A DNA stretch of 63,921 nt, filler included. It is 5 parts of 5 records of this genome, joined end to end, with 100 filler letters (N's around TTAATTAATTAA, not from the genome) between each part and the next. Parts side by side here need not be neighbours in the genome. Positions count along the whole stretch, not along the records: positions 43,092 to 50,255 come from DRR723986_10077; positions 50,356 to 58,532 come from DRR723986_10104; 3 more parts are not named here. One strand, written 5' to 3'. The notes under the pieces are model-generated. The model worked only from the letters and a program-made list of their open reading frames with translations, was not told the DNA's origin and did not search any database. Positions 49,319 through 58,632 of the stretch are shown here, piece by piece. Both the position numbers and the translations under genes were made by a program. The stretch's first letter is position 1. Each line of letters starts with the position of its first letter.

Positions 49319-50254
49319 TTAGTCGTCCTGTTCCGCCAAAAAGCGTTCCGCGTCCAAGGCTGCCATACAACCCATGCCCGCGCTCGTCACTGCCTGACGG
49401 TAGATGTGATCCGTCAGATCACCAGCAGCAAACACGCCGGGAACAGAGGTTTGTGTGGTGCCCGGCTTGGTCACAACGTAGCCGCCCATGTGGGTGTCCA
49501 GCGTGTCTTTGACCAGCTCGCTTGCGGGGGCATGACCGATGGCAATGAACACACCTTTGCACGGGATGTCGGTGATCTCGCCGGTTTTTACGTTTTTGAC
49601 TTTGACCCCTTCAACACCCAATGGCGCATCGGTTCCGTAGACTTCGTCCAATTGGTTGAACCACAGGGTTTCGATCTTTGGGTTCTTTTCCAGACGGTTT
49701 TGTAGGATCTTTTCTGCGCGCAGTTCATCGCGGCGGTGGATCAAGGTTACTTTGGAGGCGAAATTGGTGAGGAACAGCGCCTCTTCGACAGCGGTGTTGC
49801 CCCCGCCCACGACGACGATTTCCTGACCGCGGTAAAAGAACCCGTCACAGGTGGCGCAGGCTGACACACCAAAGCCTTTGAATTTTTCTTCGCTCTCCAT
49901 CCCCAACCACTTGGCGCGGGCCCCGGTTGCAAGGATGACGGCATCGGCGGTGTAGGTGTTGCCGCTGTCGCCTTTGGCGGTGAAGGGGCGTTTGGATAGA
50001 TCCAGATCGGTAATGATGTCACCGATGATCTCACAGCCCATCGCCTGAGCGTGTTCCTGCATTTTGATCATCAGATCGGGGCCTTGCACTTCGGTGAAGC
50101 CGGGATAGTTTTCGACTTCGGTTGTCGTGGTCAGCTGGCCACCGGGTTCGATGCCCTGCACCAAAATGGGTTCCAGCATGGCGCGGCTTGCATAAACCCC
50201 TGCGGTGTATCCCGCAGGACCAGAGCCGATGATCAGAACCTTGGTGTGACGTGT
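49319..50254 (-). CDS. trxB: Thioredoxin reductase (first codons cut off)
   Basis: IIGSGPAGYTA, VENYPG, CATCDG, GGGNTAVEEA, YRQAVTSAG. Confidence 0.97.
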   Translation of the reverse strand, partial: TRHTKVLIIGSGPAGYTAGVYASRAMLEPILVQGIEPGGQLTTTTEVENYPGFTEVQGPDLMIKMQEHAQAMGCEIIGDIITDLDLSKRPFTAKGDSGNTYTADAVILATGARAKWLGMESEEKFKGFGVSACATCDGFFYRGQEIVVVGGGNTAVEEALFLTNFASKVTLIHRRDELRAEKILQNRLEKNPKIETLWFNQLDEVYGTDAPLGVEGVKVKNVKTGEITDIPCKGVFIAIGHAPASELVKDTLDTHMGGYVVTKPGTTQTSVPGVFAAGDLTDHIYRQAVTSAGMGCMAALDAERFLAEQDD

Positions 50255-50255
50255 C

Positions 50256-50355
50256 NNNNNNNNNNNNNNNNNNNNNNNNNNNNNNNNNNNNNNNNNNNNT
50301 TAATTAATTAANNNNNNNNNNNNNNNNNNNNNNNNNNNNNNNNNNNNNNNNNNNN
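50256..50355. other. Artificial contig spacer
   Basis: 44 N + TTAATTAATTAA + 44 N. Confidence 0.99.
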
Positions 50356-50356
50356 C

Positions 50357-50860
50357 CCGCTGCACCCGGAATACCGGACGCTGCCAATGGTCTGGTACAT
50401 CCCGCCATTGTCGCCAATTCAGAACGCGGCTGCGGCGGGGGCGATCGGGGCCGATGGCGACATGCCGGACGTGCGGTCCCTGCGCATCCCGCTGCGCTAT
50501 CTGGCGAACATGCTGACCGCAGGCGACGAAGCCCCGGTGGCGCAGGCGCTGGAACGGATGCTGGCCATGCGTGCCTATATGCGGGCCAAGACCGTGGACG
50601 GGGTAAATGATGAAGGCATTGCCGCGCGGGTGGGCCTTTCGGGGCGCACCATCGAGGACATGTACAAGATCATGGCGCTTGCCGACTACGAGGACCGGTT
50701 CGTCATCCCAACCACGCATCGGGAACAGGTCGAAGAGGCCTATGACCTGAAGGGCGGCTGCGGCTTTACCGACAGCAATGGCTGCTCCACCGGCATCTCG
50801 AAGGGGTCTCTCTTTGGGGGCTCCAAACGTCCGCTCAAAATGCCCGAGGAGGTACGCTGA
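50357..50860 (+). CDS. narH: Respiratory nitrate reductase beta subunit (5'-truncated)
   Basis: PLHPEYRTLPMVWYIPPLSP, LRIPLRYLANMLTAGD, YEDRFVIPT. Confidence 0.95.
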   Translation, partial: PLHPEYRTLPMVWYIPPLSPIQNAAAAGAIGADGDMPDVRSLRIPLRYLANMLTAGDEAPVAQALERMLAMRAYMRAKTVDGVNDEGIAARVGLSGRTIEDMYKIMALADYEDRFVIPTTHREQVEEAYDLKGGCGFTDSNGCSTGISKGSLFGGSKRPLKMPEEVR

Positions 50861-50861
50861 C

Positions 50862-51581
50862 ATGACCCCCCAAGTTCACAGCAGAACCCTGAAAGCCCTG
50901 TCGCTGATCCTGAGCTATCCGACCGAGGAGCTGCAACAGGCGATGCCAGAAATCGCGGGCGTTCTGATCGCCGAACCGGGCCTTACAGCCGCCGCCAGGC
51001 GAGACCTGAGCCATCTGCTGGAAGATCTGGAACTGCGTGACATCTACGAGTTGCAAGAACGCTACGTGATGCTCTTCGACCGGTCCCGGACGCTGTCTCT
51101 GAACCTCTTTGAGCATATCCACGGCGAAAGCCGGGATCGGGGCGGCGCGATGGTCAGCCTGATCGAAACCTATCGGGAGGGCGGGTTCGAACCCGCCACC
51201 TCGGAACTGCCCGACCACTTGCCGGTGCTTCTGGAATTCCTGTCCGCGCGACCCTTCGGCGAGGCGCAGGATACCTTGGCGGACGCGGCGCATATCCTTG
51301 AGGCGATCAACGCCCGGCTTGTCCGGCGTGAAAGCCGCTATGCCGCCGCGTTCGCCGCTCTTTTGCAACTGGCGGGTGTCAGTGCGGACCAGTCAGCCGT
51401 AGCCGAGTTGCTGGAGCAGCCGGACGCGGACCCCGAAGACCTCGAAGCGCTGGATAAGGTCTGGGAAGAAAGCGAAGTGCTGTTCGGCCCCGATCCCAAT
51501 GCAGGTTGCCCGCAGGTCCGCGACATGCTTGCGCGTATGGACGAACCGATCAATCCCGCCCCCGGCGTGGCCGCCGAATAA
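50862..51581 (+). CDS. narJ: Nitrate reductase maturation chaperone
   Basis: YVMLFDRSR.LSL.LFEH.HGESRDRG.AM, ELPDHLP..LEF. Confidence 0.95.
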   Translation: MTPQVHSRTLKALSLILSYPTEELQQAMPEIAGVLIAEPGLTAAARRDLSHLLEDLELRDIYELQERYVMLFDRSRTLSLNLFEHIHGESRDRGGAMVSLIETYREGGFEPATSELPDHLPVLLEFLSARPFGEAQDTLADAAHILEAINARLVRRESRYAAAFAALLQLAGVSADQSAVAELLEQPDADPEDLEALDKVWEESEVLFGPDPNAGCPQVRDMLARMDEPINPAPGVAAE

Positions 51582-51592
51582 AGGAGGCTCTG

Positions 51593-52300
51593 ATGCATAA
51601 TTTCTTCTTCGGGATATACCCCTACATCGCGTTGGCGGTGATGATCCTTGGGTCCATCGCGCGTTATGAACGCGACCCGTTCACCTGGAAAAGCTCCTCT
51701 TCACAGTTACTTAGGCGCAAGCAGCTGGTGATTGGCTCGATCCTGTTTCATGTCGGGGTGCTGGTGATCTTTCTGGGTCATCTGGTCGGGCTTCTGACGC
51801 CGATCTGGATTTTCGACATGATGGGCATCAGCCATGGTGCCAAGCAATTGCTGGCCGTGGTAGCGGGCGGGATCGCGGGCGTGATGGCGCTGGTCGGGGG
51901 GGGAATTCTGTTCCACCGCCGGTGGACCGATCCACGCATCAAGGCCACGTCCAGCTTTGCCGACAACGCCATTCTGGCGCTGCTGCTGGCGCAACTGGTG
52001 CTGGGACTTGGGACGATCTTCGTGTCGCTCCAGCATCTGGATGGGCATGAAATGACGTTGTTCATGGCCTGGGCGCAGGGGATCTTTACCTTCCAGTCGG
52101 GCGCGGCGGCCCATATCGCGGATGTGGCGTTCATCTTCAAGCTGCACCTCGTGCTGGGTCTGACGATCTTCTTGGTTTTCCCGTTCACGCGGCTGGTACA
52201 CATCCTGTCGGGCATCGCGGCGCCGTTCCGCTATCTGTTCACCCGTCCGGGCTATCAGATCGTCCGGTCCCGCCGTCGCGCGGCCAACAGGGCGGACTGA
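51593..52300 (+). CDS. narI: Respiratory nitrate reductase gamma subunit
   Basis: GIYPY, TWKSSSSQLL, FHVG..GH..GLLTP, HLVLG..FPFTRLVH. Confidence 0.96.
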   Translation: MHNFFFGIYPYIALAVMILGSIARYERDPFTWKSSSSQLLRRKQLVIGSILFHVGVLVIFLGHLVGLLTPIWIFDMMGISHGAKQLLAVVAGGIAGVMALVGGGILFHRRWTDPRIKATSSFADNAILALLLAQLVLGLGTIFVSLQHLDGHEMTLFMAWAQGIFTFQSGAAAHIADVAFIFKLHLVLGLTIFLVFPFTRLVHILSGIAAPFRYLFTRPGYQIVRSRRRAANRAD

Positions 52301-52303
52301 GCC

Positions 52304-53104
52304 ATGAGCAACGCACTTTTTCCTGACGTCATCGTCAATGGAGAACCCGTCCCGCAGGCCGTCATCGCTGCAGAAACGCAGCATCATGACGCGCCCAAGG
52401 GCAAGCCCGGCATTGCCTGGCGCAAGGCCGCGAACGCGGTGGCGATGCGCACCCTGCTGTTGCAGGAGGCCCGCCGCCGGGGGCTGACACCCGACGCGCA
52501 AGAGATCGGACCGGGCCGTTTTGAAACCGAGGAGGAGGCCCTTGTCAGGGGCCTTCTCGACTACGCGATCAGTGTGGGGGAGCCGTCGCAAGACGCCATT
52601 CGCGCCGAATATGACCGCGATCCCACACGCTTCCGCGCGCCGCCCTTGTGGGAGGTGTCGCATATTCTGATTGCCTGCGATCCGCGCAATGAGACGGCCC
52701 GCACGCAGGCCGAAGCGCGTGCTCGCGACCTTGCCAGACAGGCGCTGGCCGCACCGAACCACTTTGCACGGCTCGCCTCGGAATCCAGCGATTGCGGCTC
52801 TCGTGCTGCGGGCGGGGTGCTTGGCCAGCTTGGCCCCGGCGATACGGTGCCGGAATTCGAGGCCGCCCTGCGCAAGCTGGCGGATGGCGAGATCACCGCC
52901 ACCCCGGTTCTGACCCGCCACGGCTGGCACGTCATTCGCATGGATGCTGTGGCGACCGGTGCGGTCTTACCGTTCGAGACCGTGAAACCCCGCATCGCGG
53001 AAGCCCTGGAAAAAACCGAATGGGCGCGGGCGGCAAAGGCTTTTGTTGCCTCGCTGGTTGCCAGCGCCGAGATCACCGGGGCCGATCTGGCCCGCCGGAT
53101 CTGA
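52304..53104 (+). CDS. PpiC/parvulin peptidylprolyl isomerase (NifM-like, nar-associated)
   Basis: SHILI, FARLA..SDC.S...GG.LG, VPEFE, TRHGWHVI. Confidence 0.9.
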   Translation: MSNALFPDVIVNGEPVPQAVIAAETQHHDAPKGKPGIAWRKAANAVAMRTLLLQEARRRGLTPDAQEIGPGRFETEEEALVRGLLDYAISVGEPSQDAIRAEYDRDPTRFRAPPLWEVSHILIACDPRNETARTQAEARARDLARQALAAPNHFARLASESSDCGSRAAGGVLGQLGPGDTVPEFEAALRKLADGEITATPVLTRHGWHVIRMDAVATGAVLPFETVKPRIAEALEKTEWARAAKAFVASLVASAEITGADLARRI

Positions 53105-53183
53105 GGACGCAGCGAGATGATGACCGACCTTTCCGACCGGAACGGCGTTTCGGCTGACGATTCACCGACTTGAGGACATCCAA

Positions 53184-53708
53184 ATGAACATAGCCTTCAC
53201 AATGGCCCCCGGCCGCGGCGATACCGATCTGATCCTTGATGCCGTTGCCAAGCATCTGATTGCGCGCGGGCATCGCCCTTGCGGGACGGTTCAGATCAAC
53301 TCTGAACGTGCGGATGCGGGCCCGTGCGACATGGATGTGAAAGTCCTGCCGGATGGGCCGGTCGTCCGAATCTCGCAAAACCTTGGCCATGGATCACGTG
53401 GCTGCCGGCTGGACCCGAGCGCGCTGGAAACCGCTGTTGGCGCGGTCGAAGCGCGGTTTGCAGCCGGTGCGGATTGCCTGATCATCAACAAGTTCGGCAA
53501 GCACGAGGCCGAAGGGCGCGGGTTTCGGAACGTCATTGCCGAAGCGGTAGTGCGAGACATTCCCGTTCTGGTCGGGGTGAACGGCCTGAATGCCGACGCG
53601 TTCAGCGAATTCACGGGCGGCATGGCGCTGCAACTGGTGCCCGAGACGTCGGTTCTGCTGCAATGGCTCGAAACGCGCCTGAAGTGCGAGACGCTGTGTC
53701 CGGCGTAA
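53184..53708 (+). CDS. DUF2478 family protein
   Basis: ISQNLG.GSRGCRLD, IINKFGKHEAEGRG. Confidence 0.82.
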   Translation: MNIAFTMAPGRGDTDLILDAVAKHLIARGHRPCGTVQINSERADAGPCDMDVKVLPDGPVVRISQNLGHGSRGCRLDPSALETAVGAVEARFAAGADCLIINKFGKHEAEGRGFRNVIAEAVVRDIPVLVGVNGLNADAFSEFTGGMALQLVPETSVLLQWLETRLKCETLCPA

Positions 53709-54087
53709 GCGACTGACGGTCTTAGGGTCGGTGTGTGAAAACCGGGGGGCGGGTGTCCGGCCCTTCCATCATGGTCCGGTGATGACCGTGAATCGCATAT
53801 ACATGATGGTCCGCAGAATGCCCTTTTTGTGGCGCGCAAAGCCCAAGCGCCCGAAGAATGCGGGCCGATGTGCTGCGCGAACTGCACCGCAGTAACCGGC
53901 TTTTCCGGATGCCGGACTTGTTCCCGACAGGAATTGCCACGACTCCAGAACGAAAATATTGAATGAATCCTATGCCAAAGGATATACGATTATCCCGTTG
54001 GACAGGTGCAATTCGCTTCGGTTCCACCTATCCGTATCGGACCTGTTGTACTCGAGTCATTCGTTCCAGCCATCTGCGGAGATCGAC

Positions 54088-54600
54088 ATGGTTGCACTAA
54101 ACCCGCTGCGGCGCATTCTCTTGCACCTGCTTGTTGTCGTGACGGCAGCTGGCGCGACGATCGTGGCCATGGGTGCCCATGCGGATACGTCGCAGGACAT
54201 TCTACTCAGCATAACCACCCCGGAAACGGTGCGGGACTTTACCCAAAGCGATCTGGAAGGCATCGGGATCGCAAGCTTCGAGACGGCGACGATCTGGACG
54301 GACGGAGTGCAGGAATTCACCGGGACGCCACTGGTCGCTCTGGTTGCCGAGCTTGGGTTGCAAGACGGCGTGTTGCGGGCCATTGCCGCCAATGATTACG
54401 CGATTGATATCCCCGTGTCTGACGCGGTCGAAGGCGGGCCGATCATCGCGTTTCTCAGAAACGGCCAACCGATGTCCCTTAGGGACAATGGACCGCTTTG
54501 GGTGGTTTACCCCTATGATGACAACCCCGACTATCGCTCCGAAATCATCCATTCACGCAGCATCTGGCAGCTTGAACGGATCGTCGTCGTTGCCCCTTAG
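54088..54600 (+). CDS. Periplasmic molybdopterin-oxidoreductase-fold protein (PruR-like pterin-binding protein)
   Basis: Signal peptide ending AHA, T.TIWT, A.NDY, RDNGPLWVVYPYD, SIWQL; no Cys. Confidence 0.75.
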   Translation: MVALNPLRRILLHLLVVVTAAGATIVAMGAHADTSQDILLSITTPETVRDFTQSDLEGIGIASFETATIWTDGVQEFTGTPLVALVAELGLQDGVLRAIAANDYAIDIPVSDAVEGGPIIAFLRNGQPMSLRDNGPLWVVYPYDDNPDYRSEIIHSRSIWQLERIVVVAP

Positions 54601-55583
54601 CGACCGTAGCCACGGCCCTGATGCCAGCGCCAGGCATCGGCGATCATCTGCTTCAGCGTGGATCGTTCGGGACGCCAGCCAAGCTCGTCCCGGGCACGTT
54701 GACTGCCTGACACCAGCTTGGTGCAGTCGCCAGGGCGACGCGCGCCCACAGTCATCGGCACCTCGCGGTTGGTGACCGCACGGCTGGCAGCAACCACTTC
54801 GCGAACCGAAAACCCCGAGCCCGTGCCAAGATTGAAGACCTGAGATCCCTTGCCCGCCTGTAGCCACTTCACCCCAAGAACATGCGCATCGACCAGATCC
54901 ATCACATGCACATAGTCGCGGATACAGGTGCCGTCCGGGGTCGCATAGTCAGTGCCGAAAATCGTCAGGGCGGGACGCTTGCCGTCGATGGCGTCCAGCA
55001 TAAGCGGGATCAAATGCGTTTCGGGCTGATGATATTCACCCACTTCCGCCTCCGGGTCGGCGCCGGCCACGTTGAAGTAGCGGAAGATCACCGTTTCCAG
55101 ATCATGGCGGCCGGAAAAATCGCGCAACATGCCCTCGATGGCCAGCTTGGAGCCGCCATAGGCGTTGATGGGGTGCTGCGGCGTCTCTTCCGTCAGCGTC
55201 ACTTCATCCAGGTCGCCATAGGTCGCACAGGTTGAGGAGAAGACGAAATGACGACATCCCGCGGCCACGGTGGCCTCGATCAGGTTGAGCGCCCCGAGCA
55301 CGTTTTCGCGCCAGTACCGGCCCGGATCCTGCATGGACTCGCCGACCAGGCTCAGCGCCGCGAAATGCATGACCGCGACCGGGCGATGGGCTGTGAACAC
55401 CTCGTCCAGACGGGCGCGATCCAGCAGCGTTCCCTCTTCAAGCGGGCCGAATTGCACGGCATCGCGCCAACCAGTGGACAGGTTGTCAAAGGTGACAGGG
55501 GTGAATCCGGCAGCCTTCAGCGCCTTGCACGCATGCGAGCCGATATAGCCTGCGCCTCCGGAAACAAGGATGTTTTTCGACAA
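54597..55583 (-). CDS. galE: UDP-glucose 4-epimerase
   Basis: GGAGYIGSH, FSSTCATYG, YGGSK, RYFNVAGA, DGTCIRDYVHV; start probably TTG 55583. Confidence 0.94.
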   Translation of the reverse strand: MSKNILVSGGAGYIGSHACKALKAAGFTPVTFDNLSTGWRDAVQFGPLEEGTLLDRARLDEVFTAHRPVAVMHFAALSLVGESMQDPGRYWRENVLGALNLIEATVAAGCRHFVFSSTCATYGDLDEVTLTEETPQHPINAYGGSKLAIEGMLRDFSGRHDLETVIFRYFNVAGADPEAEVGEYHQPETHLIPLMLDAIDGKRPALTIFGTDYATPDGTCIRDYVHVMDLVDAHVLGVKWLQAGKGSQVFNLGTGSGFSVREVVAASRAVTNREVPMTVGARRPGDCTKLVSGSQRARDELGWRPERSTLKQMIADAWRWHQGRGYGR

Positions 55584-55847
55584 GGGACACCTCACTGGTA
55601 CGATAACAGGAATGTTTTACGCCTGATACCATCTCGGGCCGATCATGCCAGCGAAATGGTTGATTGAGAGGCATGGCATATGACACTAGGATCGGGATCG
55701 GACGAGTGACATGCCCCCTGTTTTCGTAGGTCATGCGATCACCTCGCGGCATCTGTTTTGCCAGATATATCGTTGCATGGACGTCTGTTTTTCCGCGCTG
55801 GATCGGCACATGACACGCCACATTTTTAGCAACCGGAGGGGGGCGAC

Positions 55848-58361
55848 GTGAAGATAGAGACGCAAACGCACCGAAGCCGGTTCGGGGTCGGGCTGCTTCT
55901 GGCAGTGCTCGGGGCCTGTGCAATTGGTATCTGGCTGCTCAGCGCGGATGCGCGGCGGGAACTGGACGCCCTGGCCAATGCCAATGCCGAAAGCTTTCAG
56001 TGGAGCATTGCGCAATCCGAGGTGGAATTGCTGACGCTGGAGGAAACGATCCTGCGTGCCCTGCGGGAAGATCCGCAGGTGTCGCTGCAAACGGTGCGGC
56101 GGCGTTTCGACATCTTCTACTCGCGCATGCAAACGCTGCAACGATCCAATCTCTTGGAACGGGTGCAGGAGGAAGCGGATGTGAGCGAACCGGTGGGTCG
56201 CGTCATCGCGGTGCTGGATGGGGCGCTTCCCCTGATCGACGGCCCGGATGAGGATCTGCGCGCCGGGCTGGAAGAACTTCTGGAGCGGCTCACCGAGACC
56301 GGCCGCGACCTGCGCCTTATCACGCTGGAATCGGTCCGGGTCTTCGCAATTCTGGCTGAACGGCAGCGCGACAGGGTGACAAATGCTCTTTGGGATCTCG
56401 CTGTTCTGGTCATCGCGCTTGTGCTGGTTCTGGTGACAACGGTCGTTGCACTGATCTGGTCCTTGATGCTTGGCCGACGCAGGACGGCAGAGATAGCCCT
56501 GGCCCAAAGCCGATTGCGCACGGTCGTGGGCACCGCCATTGACGGGGTGTTGGTGGTGGGCCGTGACGGGCGCATCCTCGATTGCAACGGGGCAGCGGAA
56601 CGGATCTTCGGCTATTCCCGCGAAGAGGCGATCGGCGCGTCCATGGCCGAGATGATCATCCCCGCACACCTGCGCGAGGCGCATCTGATCGGAATGGATA
56701 AGTATCTGAAAACCGGACAGAAACGGCTTGTGGGCAAAGGGCTTTCCCATTTCGAGGCAAAGGACAAGGCTGGCCGGGTCTTTCCCGTCGAGCTGTCTCT
56801 TGAAACGGCAGAGAGCGGTGAGGGCGAGATCTTCGTTTCATTTATCCGCGACATCTCTGATCGCCGTGCCGCCGAACAAGAGCTTGTCGAAGCCCGTGAC
56901 AAGGCCTTGGCCGGAGAAGAGGCGAAAGCAGAGTTTCTGGCGGTCATGAGCCACGAGATGCGGACCCCCCTGAACGGCATTCTGGGTGGGTTGGAACTGC
57001 TGTCGGCAACGGACTTGTCCGATCGGCAGAAAAGCTTCGTCGACATCATGGGCCGCTCTGGCGAGATGCTGCTTTATCACGTCAACACGGTGCTCGATAT
57101 CTCACGTGATGACGCTGGCAAGCCGGATCTTCGGATCGAACCCTTTGACCCAAAAGAGCTCTTGTCAGATATTGTCAGCAGCCAGTCGGTTCAGGCGAAA
57201 GCGCGGGGCAACGCATTGCTGGTACTGGCCGATTCCGATCTTGGCCGGGTTATGGGAGACCGGAATCGTCTGTCCCAAGTGCTCGTCAATCTGGTGGCAA
57301 ATGCCATCAAGTTCACGCGCGACGGGCAGATTACCCTGTCCGTTCAACGCCATGCGCCCGGGACCATGCTGGAATTTCGCGTGGCAGATACGGGCATCGG
57401 AATACCCGTCGAAGATCAGCCGCGAATTTTCGAGGATTTTGTGACGCTCGACACCCGTTATACCCGCGAGGTCGAAGGTACCGGACTGGGTCTTGGTATC
57501 GCGCGCCGTCTGGTGACCACCATGGGCGGCGAGATCGGGGTAGTTAGCCAACCGGGCGAAGGCGCGGAATTCAGGGTTCTGCTTCCTCTGCCGGAAACGC
57601 AGGAAACGCCATCGCTGCCGGGGCTTGGTGACACATCCCGGCCAGAGCTGTCCATTGCATCCGCAAACCTGAAGATTCTGGTAGTGGAAGACAACGATAT
57701 CAACCGTTTGGTCGCGCAGGAGACGTTAACCGGGCTTGGATGTGTCACGGTCGAAGCGCGCGACGGCGCCGAGGCGCAACGGTGCGCCGCACAGCAGCGC
57801 TTCGATCTGATCCTGATGGATATCAGCATGCCCGGCATCGACGGCCTTTCCGCCACAAGAAGCATCCGCGACTCCGATGGCCCGAATTCAGCGACACCCA
57901 TCATTGCGCTCACGGCCCACGCGCTGCCCTCCGAAATTGATCGCTTTCACAAGGCTGGAATGGTCGGTGTTCTGATCAAGCCTTTGTCCCGACGGGCGCT
58001 GATCGGCCTGATCGAGCAGCATTGTCCGCAAGCCCTTGCCTTGGCTGACGGTCTCAACCCGAACCAGGAAAACGAGATTTCACCGGAAATTCTGGCCCGG
58101 GCCGCAATAGAGCTTGAAGCCCACCTGACGACGATTGGTGCCGCGATAGATGCGGATCTTGACCCGCAACAGATCGCCAGCGCCGCGCATCAGGCCGCCG
58201 GTCTGGCGGCGGTGTCCGGTCAGACCGACCTGCACAATGCCCTGGTTTCGCTAGAGCTGGTGGTGTCCGATCTGGACGGCGAAGAGGGCGAGGCCGAGGC
58301 CTTGCATGATATGCTCGCCGAGGCCCGGCAGTTGCTTGCTTGCCAAGGCAGGGCGACCTGA
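55848..58361 (+). CDS. Hybrid sensor histidine kinase (TM-periplasmic-TM, PAS, HisKA, HATPase, REC, Hpt-like)
   Basis: MSHEMRTPLNG, NAIKFT, DTGIGI, GTGLGL, VEDN..LMDISMP..KP, AAHQAAG. Confidence 0.93.
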   Translation: MKIETQTHRSRFGVGLLLAVLGACAIGIWLLSADARRELDALANANAESFQWSIAQSEVELLTLEETILRALREDPQVSLQTVRRRFDIFYSRMQTLQRSNLLERVQEEADVSEPVGRVIAVLDGALPLIDGPDEDLRAGLEELLERLTETGRDLRLITLESVRVFAILAERQRDRVTNALWDLAVLVIALVLVLVTTVVALIWSLMLGRRRTAEIALAQSRLRTVVGTAIDGVLVVGRDGRILDCNGAAERIFGYSREEAIGASMAEMIIPAHLREAHLIGMDKYLKTGQKRLVGKGLSHFEAKDKAGRVFPVELSLETAESGEGEIFVSFIRDISDRRAAEQELVEARDKALAGEEAKAEFLAVMSHEMRTPLNGILGGLELLSATDLSDRQKSFVDIMGRSGEMLLYHVNTVLDISRDDAGKPDLRIEPFDPKELLSDIVSSQSVQAKARGNALLVLADSDLGRVMGDRNRLSQVLVNLVANAIKFTRDGQITLSVQRHAPGTMLEFRVADTGIGIPVEDQPRIFEDFVTLDTRYTREVEGTGLGLGIARRLVTTMGGEIGVVSQPGEGAEFRVLLPLPETQETPSLPGLGDTSRPELSIASANLKILVVEDNDINRLVAQETLTGLGCVTVEARDGAEAQRCAAQQRFDLILMDISMPGIDGLSATRSIRDSDGPNSATPIIALTAHALPSEIDRFHKAGMVGVLIKPLSRRALIGLIEQHCPQALALADGLNPNQENEISPEILARAAIELEAHLTTIGAAIDADLDPQQIASAAHQAAGLAAVSGQTDLHNALVSLELVVSDLDGEEGEAEALHDMLAEARQLLACQGRAT

Positions 58362-58532
58362 CGGAGGTGGCGTTGAGCGCGTCCAATCGTTTGATACAAT
58401 GACAAAAAATTCCCGCGCCCTCTGTTATGGCCAGAGGACGCGGGTGTTGACCGATCTTGGGGCTGGGTCCAGGAATAGCCCGGGATCGATCGAACTTCGG
58501 GTATTTCTCAGTCGAGTCCGAACTGGAAGAGG

Positions 58533-58632
58533 NNNNNNNNNNNNNNNNNNNNNNNNNNNNNNNNNNNNNNNNNNNNTTAATTAATTAANNNNNNNNNNNN
58601 NNNNNNNNNNNNNNNNNNNNNNNNNNNNNNNN
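58533..58632. other. Artificial contig spacer
   Basis: 44 N + TTAATTAATTAA + 44 N. Confidence 0.99.

Noticed and set aside
51707-52930. 407-aa minus-strand ORF
   Set aside because: Antisense to narI and the PPIase; no recognisable features
53709-54087. Moco riboswitch or small gene in the 380-nt gap before the PruR-like gene
   Set aside because: I could not find the Moco RNA motif or a convincing RBS-led ORF; an Infernal search would settle it
55731-56750. 339-aa minus-strand ORF
   Set aside because: Antisense shadow of the hybrid kinase
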